Origin: Rhabdothermincola salaria
GTDB taxonomy: Bacteria > Actinomycetota > Acidimicrobiia > Acidimicrobiales > Acidimicrobilacustridaceae
Direction of reading: 5' to 3'
NCBI RefSeq assembly: GCF_021246445.1
Contig: NZ_JAJQXW010000005.1
Coordinates: 124,001-188,000, forward strand
Length of the DNA: 64,000 bases
This document shows, one piece after another, positions 57,524 to 64,000 of this stretch (positions are counted from its first letter, which is position 1; each line of letters starts with the position of its first letter). The translations under genes were made by a program, and so were the position numbers. A model generated the notes under the pieces. That model was not told the origin of the DNA and did not search any database. It saw nothing but the letters and a program-made list of their open reading frames with translations.

Positions 57524-59407
57524 CTAGGCGTAGCGGATCGCGTCGGGGTCCCAGTCGGGGTAGGACACCATCCGGTAGTAGTCGCTGGTCTCCCACGGGG
57601 CGTTGACCTGCATGCGGCCTTGGCCGTTCACGTAGTAGTTGCGCCGGGCGATGGCCTCGTCGGTGACCATGATGAGGTTCTGTGACTCCTCGACCAGGCG
57701 CTCGTTGTAGGCCTTGAACGCCTCGTGGGTGACCTCGACGGTCGACGTGCCGCGCTCGATCATCGTCGTGAGGCACCGAGCCACGAAGCCGGCCCACATC
57801 TGGTACCAGGCCGGCAGGGCGACCCCGCCCGACACCGGCTGCGAGTTCGGGCCGTACAAGACGAACAGGTTGGGGAAGTCGGGGACCATCATCCCCACGT
57901 AGGCCATCGGCGACTCCTCGTCCCACCGCTCGTGCAGGTTGGCTCCCTGACGGCCGTAGTACTCGGCCGGCCACAGGTACTTCACGATGTCGTACCCGGT
58001 CGCGCAGATCACGACGTCCACCTCGTGCACGACGCCGTCCTCGGTCTCGATCCCCGAGTCGGTGAACCGGGCGATCCCATCGGTGACCAGCTCGACGTTG
58101 TCGCGGGTGAGGGCGCGATACCAGCCGTTGTCCACGATCGGTCGCCGGACCATCGGCGCATAGTCCGGGACCAGCGCGTCGATCAGGTCCTGGCGACCGC
58201 CGGTCTCGCTGCGGATGTACTCGGTGAGCATGTTCCGGACGAACTCGCTCTTCTGGGTGATGCGGCCACCGGTGGCCTCGAACTCCGGGTCCCGGATGAG
58301 GAAGTCCTTGTGGAAGTCGAACAGGTGCATGATCGACGTGATCCGGCACCAGTTCCAGTACCCCGGCATCTCGTCGATGAGCCAACGGACCTCGGGCTCG
58401 ACCGGGTCGCCGTACTTGTCCCGGGGGCTGATCCACTGCGGGGTCCGCTGGAACACCTCGACGTGCGCCGACATCTCCGCCACCCGGCCGAGCAACTGGA
58501 CGCCCGTCGATCCGTTGCCGATCACCGCCACCCGCTTGTCGCTCAGGTCGATGTCGTCCGGCCACGCCGTCGGGTGGATCACGGTCCCCCCGAAGGCGTC
58601 GACGCCGGGGAACTCGGGCACCATCGGGTTGGCGAACAAGCCGGCCGCGCTGACCACGGCGTTCGCCTGATGCGAGACGGTGGAGCCGTCATCGAGACGG
58701 AAGGTGACGTGCCAGACCTCGGCGTCGTCGTCGAAGCGGGCCTCGACCAGGTCGTGGCCGAAGCGCACGTTCGGCAGCACGTCGAACTTCTCGGCGATGT
58801 GCTCGAGGTACCGCTTCACCTCCGGGCCCCGGGCGAAGTACTCCGACCAGGCGAAGTCCTTCTCGAAGCTGAACTCATAGGACGAGCTCAGGGTGTCGAC
58901 GCGGATGTCGGGGTAGCGGTTGATGCTCCAGGTCCCGCCGAGCTCGCCCCGCCGCTCGTACACCGTGTAGGGGATGCCGAGCTGCTCGAGTTGCACGGCG
59001 GTGGCGATCCCGTTGAAGCCCCCGCCGACCACGGCCACGTGGAACCCGTCGGGCACGGCGCCGACACCGGATGGCCAGTCGGCGAAGAACGGGAACTCGT
59101 CGAACGAGAGCACGCCCTTGCGCAACTCGAAGTCGCCCTCCGGCGTGGGCACCCCGAGCACGAGGTCGAGCATCGTGCGGATCTCGTCGTCGCTCGGAAC
59201 CCGCAGCTCCCAGGAGTCGAGGTCGCGCTCGATGAGCTCGACGCAGCGATCGACGAGACGCGCCCGATCCTCCGAGCTGAGCTGGGCCACCGGGCCCAGC
59301 GCGGCGACCTCGGCGTCGCCGCTGGCCTGGTAGACGGCGATTCGGAGCGCGGCGAGGTCTGAGCATTCGACGGCGCGGCGGATGTGGGCGTGAGTGACCT
59401 GGGGCAC
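57524..59407 (-). CDS. Flavin-containing monooxygenase (BVMO/HAPMO-like)
   Basis: GGGFNG, 'GGTWSINRYP', 'FGGTVIHPTAWP', GNGSTG, 'ATGY'; GAGGAG RBS. Confidence 0.9.
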   Translation of the reverse strand: MPQVTHAHIRRAVECSDLAALRIAVYQASGDAEVAALGPVAQLSSEDRARLVDRCVELIERDLDSWELRVPSDDEIRTMLDLVLGVPTPEGDFELRKGVLSFDEFPFFADWPSGVGAVPDGFHVAVVGGGFNGIATAVQLEQLGIPYTVYERRGELGGTWSINRYPDIRVDTLSSSYEFSFEKDFAWSEYFARGPEVKRYLEHIAEKFDVLPNVRFGHDLVEARFDDDAEVWHVTFRLDDGSTVSHQANAVVSAAGLFANPMVPEFPGVDAFGGTVIHPTAWPDDIDLSDKRVAVIGNGSTGVQLLGRVAEMSAHVEVFQRTPQWISPRDKYGDPVEPEVRWLIDEMPGYWNWCRITSIMHLFDFHKDFLIRDPEFEATGGRITQKSEFVRNMLTEYIRSETGGRQDLIDALVPDYAPMVRRPIVDNGWYRALTRDNVELVTDGIARFTDSGIETEDGVVHEVDVVICATGYDIVKYLWPAEYYGRQGANLHERWDEESPMAYVGMMVPDFPNLFVLYGPNSQPVSGGVALPAWYQMWAGFVARCLTTMIERGTSTVEVTHEAFKAYNERLVEESQNLIMVTDEAIARRNYYVNGQGRMQVNAPWETSDYYRMVSYPDWDPDAIRYA

Positions 59408-59652
59408 GGTGCTCCTCGCAGGGCCGGGAACCTCGCGGCGGCCCTTTCGCAATATAGAAAGATCCTTCAGTGCTCTGTAGGAGCCTACGAACGGGCCGAG
59501 ACCGAGGTCAATCCGCCCCCCGATCCCGCCCACAGGTCGGCCGGCACCCGCCGACCCGGTCACGAGGGAACCGGCGTCCTGGGTCGCGACGAGGTCACCG
59601 TCGTCCGAGGGGAAGGGGAGTGAACGGCGCGGCAACCAGATAGAGAGGGCGC

Positions 59653-59967
59653 ATGGCAAACCTCACCGTTCTCTACACCAAGCCCGAAACCGACGCCGAG
59701 GCGTTCCTCGCCGAGTACAAGCAGGACCACCTGCCGATCGCCGCCAAGTTCCCCAAGATGACCTCGCACACCACGACGGTGTTCAGCGGCACGCCGCGAG
59801 GCACCGAGCCCCCGTACTACGTGATGTTCGTCGGCACCTGGGCCTCACAGGAGGACATGCAGGCGGCGATGAGCGACCCGAGCATCATGGAGGCGAGCAA
59901 GCACGCCATGGGCATGACCCAGAAGTACGGCAACAAGGCCGAGATGTTGGTCGGCGACGAGGCCTGA
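59653..59967 (+). CDS. EthD-like reductase/dimeric alpha-beta barrel protein
   Basis: 'LTVLYTKP...AFLAEYKQDHLPIA..FP'. Confidence 0.8.
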   Translation: MANLTVLYTKPETDAEAFLAEYKQDHLPIAAKFPKMTSHTTTVFSGTPRGTEPPYYVMFVGTWASQEDMQAAMSDPSIMEASKHAMGMTQKYGNKAEMLVGDEA

Positions 59968-60104
59968 CTCGCGGCACCGCAGGTCGGAGGCCCGCTTCGG
60001 CGGGCCTCCGTCGCGCTCGGGCGCCCGTCGATCCGCAGATCGGTAGGTTCGAGCCCGGTCACCCCGCTCATGATGTCGCGATCCGAGAGGAGGCCTGGTC
60101 CCCC

Positions 60105-61445
60105 GTGACGGAACCGGTGCCAGCAACCGATGCCGCTCGACCCGGGACGGAGACGTCGAAGGATCGCGGGCAGTGGACGTCGGAGCCCGCGTTCATCTTC
60201 TCGATGGCCGCAGCGGCCGTCGGCCTCGGCAACCTCTGGCGCTTCCCGTATCTCGCCGGCGAGTACGGGGGTGGAGGGTTCATCCTCGCCTACCTCATCG
60301 CCATGGCGGTCGTGTGCCTGCCGTTGATGTACCTCGAGGTGGCCGCTGGTCGCCTCGCCCAGGGCAACACCGTGCACACGTATCGGCAGGTCCGCCGCAG
60401 CGGTGCGTGGTACGGCTGGTTCGTCGTCGGGCTCACTGCGGTGATCACCAGCTACTACCTGGTGATCACCGGCTGGACGATGGGCTACGCCGTCGACGCG
60501 GTACGCCTGGACGTCGGCTCGTTCTCGGACTTCTCCGACGGCTACGCCTCCCTCGGCTGGCTCCTGGTCGTCCTCGCCCTCGGTGCGTTCGTGCTCCTAC
60601 GTGGCCTCAAGGCCCTCGAGACCTTCTCCAAGTTCATGATGCCGGTCCTGTTGCTGGTCGTGGTCGGGCTGGTCGTCGCCGCCAGCCGCACGGCCGGGTG
60701 GGCAGAGGCCAAGGACTTCCTGCTCGACACCGACCTGTCCGCCCTCAGGGATCCCTCGTTGTGGGTGATCGCGTTCGGGCAAGGCTTCTACTCCCTGGCC
60801 ATCGGCCAGGGGTACCTGGTCACTTACGGCAGCTACATCCCGAAGAAGACCCACGTGCCCCGAGCGTCGCTCATCGTGGCGGGCACCGAGACCTGCATCG
60901 CGCTGCTGGCCGGCTGGATGATCTTCCCGTTCGTGTTCACCCACGGCCTCGACCCGGGCGAGGGCAGCCAGCTCGCCTTCAACACGCTGCCGCGAGCCTT
61001 CGAGGCCATGGCCTGGGGGGCACCGTTGGCCATCGCCTTCTTCGGTCTGTTCTTCGTCGCCGCGTTCAGTTCGAGCCTGGCTGGTCTGAAGGTGATCCTC
61101 AGCACCGTCGCCGAGGAGTTCCGACTTCGCCATCGCAAGGCCGTCGTGGTGGTGATCGGCCTCATGCTGGTCCTGGCGTTGCCGTCCGCGCTCAGCTTCA
61201 CCCCCTTGGAGCTGAGCATCGGCGACACGCGGTTCCTCGACTGGGTGGACCAGAACGTGGGCGGGCAGGTGATCCTGTTCTCCGGGATCTTCGGGGCGGG
61301 CTTCTTCTGCTGGCTGGTGCCACCGAGCCGGCTGCAGCGAGCCCTGGGCACCTCTTCGAGGTGGTGGGTGGCGCGGATCTACCTCGTCGGCCGCTGGCTC
61401 CCGGCCGCCGTGCTGGTCTGGATCGCCATCACCGTCGTGTGGTGA
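60105..61445 (+). CDS. Sodium-dependent transporter (NSS/SNF family)
   Basis: 'AVGLGNLWRFPY', 'GGGFILAY', 'YGSY', 'AAFSSS'. Confidence 0.92.
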   Translation: MTEPVPATDAARPGTETSKDRGQWTSEPAFIFSMAAAAVGLGNLWRFPYLAGEYGGGGFILAYLIAMAVVCLPLMYLEVAAGRLAQGNTVHTYRQVRRSGAWYGWFVVGLTAVITSYYLVITGWTMGYAVDAVRLDVGSFSDFSDGYASLGWLLVVLALGAFVLLRGLKALETFSKFMMPVLLLVVVGLVVAASRTAGWAEAKDFLLDTDLSALRDPSLWVIAFGQGFYSLAIGQGYLVTYGSYIPKKTHVPRASLIVAGTETCIALLAGWMIFPFVFTHGLDPGEGSQLAFNTLPRAFEAMAWGAPLAIAFFGLFFVAAFSSSLAGLKVILSTVAEEFRLRHRKAVVVVIGLMLVLALPSALSFTPLELSIGDTRFLDWVDQNVGGQVILFSGIFGAGFFCWLVPPSRLQRALGTSSRWWVARIYLVGRWLPAAVLVWIAITVVW

Positions 61446-61609
61446 GGGGCAGATGAGTTCCGCTGGAGCTCCACATGGGTAGCGACGCCTCGCTGGTCGC
61501 TCGCAGCTTCGACATCGAGTCGATGGGCCGACGGCGACGTGGTCGACGTCGAGCTCGAGGTCACCTGCTGAGGCTCGGTCGGCGCTCCCCGTCTACACGG
61601 CGACGATCG

Positions 61610-62737
61610 TCACGAGGCGGCCCAGAGGTCGAGCACCTCGGCGGCGCGGGATTCCGCGTCGTCGCTGTCGACGTTGCACGTCACGGCCACCGCCACGCCC
61701 GACGCAGGTTCCATGGTGATGGCCGAGGAATAGCCGATCCACGAGCCCCCGTGGCTGATCACCGGACCTCGGTCGCCGTCGGTCAGCTCGAGTCCGCCGC
61801 CGTAGCGGGTGCCGTCCTCGTCGGCGAGCGGTCCGGGTGACAACATCACGTCGAGCCACGCGGGTGAGCCGAGCCCTTCTTCGGCGATGGGGTCGAGCAG
61901 GAACAACTCGGCCCACCGCAGCAGCTCGAGCGCCGTCGAGTGGAGCGCTCCGTCTCCGGTCTGCCGCCACGCCGACCCGATCGCGACCCAGCCGTCTCCG
62001 TCGTCGTCGGTCGTCTCGGCATCGTCGGCGAAGGCGTAGCCGGGAGCTTGGTCGGCCAGCAGCACGCCCTGGTCGTCGCGTACGACGGAGGACGACATGC
62101 CGAGCTGACCGAGGATCTCGGTGTCGACGACGTCGGGGAAGGGACGTCCGGTGACCGCCTCCACGATCAGGGCGAGCAGGACGTAGTTCGTGTTGGAGTA
62201 CTCGAAGCGCTCGCCCGGCGCCGCGGTGGGAGCGCCGTCGTCGGAGACGACGACCTCCACGGCGTCTGCCATCGTCGTGGGTTCGTCCAGTTCGGCGTCG
62301 AGCAGCGAGATGTAGTCCGGTAGGCCGCTCGTGTGGTGGAGCAGGTCTCCGACCGTGATGGTGTCGTCGAAGCGTCCGAGGTCGGGGAGGAGCTCGGTGA
62401 TGTCGTCGTCGAGGGCGAGGTCGCCGTCGACGACGAGCAGCGCGATCGCGCCGGCGGTGAACTGCTTGGAGACCGAGCCGACGTCGAAGAGCGTGTCCCG
62501 GTCGATCAGGACCCCTTCCTGCACGTCCGCCGCGCCGACGTGCAGGTCGAAGGTGCCCTCCGGGTGGCGGACCGCGACCGAGCACCCCGGTGATCCGGCG
62601 TCGAGATCAGCGAACACCTCGGCGGTCCTCGACGGCGCCTTCGAGCGGCTGGTCTGTTCGGGATCGGACGACTCCGCTCCGCCTGCGCACGCCGTGAGCA
62701 GCAGACCGGCGGCGAGGCTCCACGTCGTCCTCCCCAT
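61610..62737 (-). CDS. Serine hydrolase/beta-lactamase-family lipoprotein
   Basis: Lipobox LTAC; SVSK, 'LLHHTSG', YSN, HGG. Confidence 0.9.
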   Translation of the reverse strand: MGRTTWSLAAGLLLTACAGGAESSDPEQTSRSKAPSRTAEVFADLDAGSPGCSVAVRHPEGTFDLHVGAADVQEGVLIDRDTLFDVGSVSKQFTAGAIALLVVDGDLALDDDITELLPDLGRFDDTITVGDLLHHTSGLPDYISLLDAELDEPTTMADAVEVVVSDDGAPTAAPGERFEYSNTNYVLLALIVEAVTGRPFPDVVDTEILGQLGMSSSVVRDDQGVLLADQAPGYAFADDAETTDDDGDGWVAIGSAWRQTGDGALHSTALELLRWAELFLLDPIAEEGLGSPAWLDVMLSPGPLADEDGTRYGGGLELTDGDRGPVISHGGSWIGYSSAITMEPASGVAVAVTCNVDSDDAESRAAEVLDLWAAS

Positions 62738-62793
62738 GGCCGGCGACGCTACCCGTTCCGTCGCGGCGGTGGCCTGGGCCGCCCGCTGACCCG

Positions 62794-64000
62794 TCAGGAG
62801 GCCGGGCGGGGGCCGGGGTGGGAGGCGCGGTACTGCTCGAGCTTGCGGGGCGCGTCGACGCCGAAGAGGATCTCGGCCACGTGCTCCAGCCCGTCGGAGT
62901 CGAGGTACTGCACCGCCGGCACCACGAGCTCGATCTTGGAGCGACGCCGCATGAAGTCCTCCAGACGGGTGACCATCTCCGTCGACGCGGCCAGGTGCAG
63001 CTCCACCCGCAGGTAGTCGGTGCCTCCGAGGATGTCGTCGGCCATGGTGGGGTCGGAACGGATGGCTTCGAGCATGGAGAAGGCCCGACGCCCGTACCGG
63101 CGCCAGAGACGGTCCGACAGCGGCTCGACCCCCGGCCGGTCCCGCCGGTCGTCGAGGCGCATGAGCCGGGCCTGGCGATGGAACTCGGCTCGGGTGTCCG
63201 CCGCCGGCTCGCCGTACCAGTTGCCCTGGTCGGGCTCCAGCACGAGGCCCAGCGACTCGACCGCCGCGGCCACCTCTTCGCCGACGTTGATGCAGTCGGT
63301 GAGCTTCCCGCCGAACACGGTGACCGCGCGGCGGCGCCGGTCGACCTCGATCTCGTGCTTGCGGCTGAGCGCGGTCCAGTCGACGTCGCTGGTGTCGCCG
63401 CCGTCGGTGGGGACCACCAGCGGGCGCACCCCGGAGCGCTCGGCGATCACGTCGTCGGTGGTGAGCGGCTCGGCGAGCTCGAGGCGGGCGTTGATCTGGG
63501 ACAGCAGGAAGGAGCGGTCCTCGTCGTCCACTGCGGAGTACGGGCTGTCGACCCGGGTGTCGGTGGTGCCGATCACCGACCGCACGCCCATGGGGATCAC
63601 GTAGAAGAGGCGCTGGGTGTCGTCGAAGAACGCCAGCACCCGGTCGTCGTCGCCGGTGGTGAGCCGGGGGACGACCAGGTGGATGCCCTTGGAGTAGACG
63701 ATGCGGTGCGTGGTCTGCACGCCCATGTCGGCGTTGAGCCCGTCGACGAACGGTCCGGCCGCGTTGACCACGATCCCGGCGCTGCTCTCGAACTCCTCGT
63801 CGGTCTCGAGGTCGCGCAGGCGCAACCGCCAGCCGCTCCCGCTCGGCTCGGCGGTGACCAGCTCCACGTAGTTGGCCGCCGTCGCGCCGGCCTCGATGGC
63901 CGAGCGCACGAACGAGAACACGAAACGGGCGTCGTTGTCCTTCAGGATGCAGTCGCGGTACTCGATGCCGCCCCGGACGGAGGTGGTGTCGATCACCGGC
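62794..64000 (-). CDS. FAD-dependent glycerol-3-phosphate dehydrogenase/oxidase (5' part beyond window)
   Basis: 'DNDARF', 'VVNAAGPF', 'SKGIHLVV', 'IGTTDT', 'SGVRPL', 'GGKLT'. Confidence 0.85.
   Translation of the reverse strand, partial: PVIDTTSVRGGIEYRDCILKDNDARFVFSFVRSAIEAGATAANYVELVTAEPSGSGWRLRLRDLETDEEFESSAGIVVNAAGPFVDGLNADMGVQTTHRIVYSKGIHLVVPRLTTGDDDRVLAFFDDTQRLFYVIPMGVRSVIGTTDTRVDSPYSAVDDEDRSFLLSQINARLELAEPLTTDDVIAERSGVRPLVVPTDGGDTSDVDWTALSRKHEIEVDRRRRAVTVFGGKLTDCINVGEEVAAAVESLGLVLEPDQGNWYGEPAADTRAEFHRQARLMRLDDRRDRPGVEPLSDRLWRRYGRRAFSMLEAIRSDPTMADDILGGTDYLRVELHLAASTEMVTRLEDFMRRRSKIELVVPAVQYLDSDGLEHVAEILFGVDAPRKLEQYRASHPGPRPAS

Noticed and set aside
49897..59967. Diversity-generating retroelement TR/VR pair
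   Set aside because: Mismatches are not confined to adenines and no reverse transcriptase is present
61610..62737. Antibiotic-resistance beta-lactamase
   Set aside because: Motifs fit the broad serine hydrolase/esterase family; no evidence for resistance function

Overview
High-GC actinobacterial chromosome segment; gene content and MreB suggest Acidimicrobiia (inference). 1-27.3 kb is mostly core. It holds an MFS transporter, a DUF2342-type zincin, an epimerase, a degenerate HtrA, moaE, mreB, a Liv-type ABC operon with an embedded acyl-CoA synthetase, TetR, a PDZ/Lon protease, a DivIVA-like protein, UPF0182, two paralogous secreted proteins ending in ...AARPTFTG, an SDR, an APH-like kinase and a quinone reductase. 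An initiator tRNA-Met (27348-27424) is the target of a ~16.8 kb integrative defence island. The island is bounded by an exact 48-bp direct repeat (27379-27426 / 44150-44197) and has matching arm-type repeats at both ends. It carries a Gabija-like OLD nuclease + UvrD pair, a tyrosine integrase and excisionase, a PD-(D/E)XK protein, a type I R-M system (hsdR-hsdS-hsdM), an OGG-fold glycosylase-like gene and a 3-TM effector-like gene. Most unusually, it also carries an intact but modified ribosomal protein S2 gene: Pro-rich N-terminal extension, GVHFGHQ changed to GVHYGGS, and no tsf. 44.2-64 kb is a variable metabolic region littered with duplicated or orphan gene 3' ends. All family assignments come from motifs read by eye; no database searches were run.
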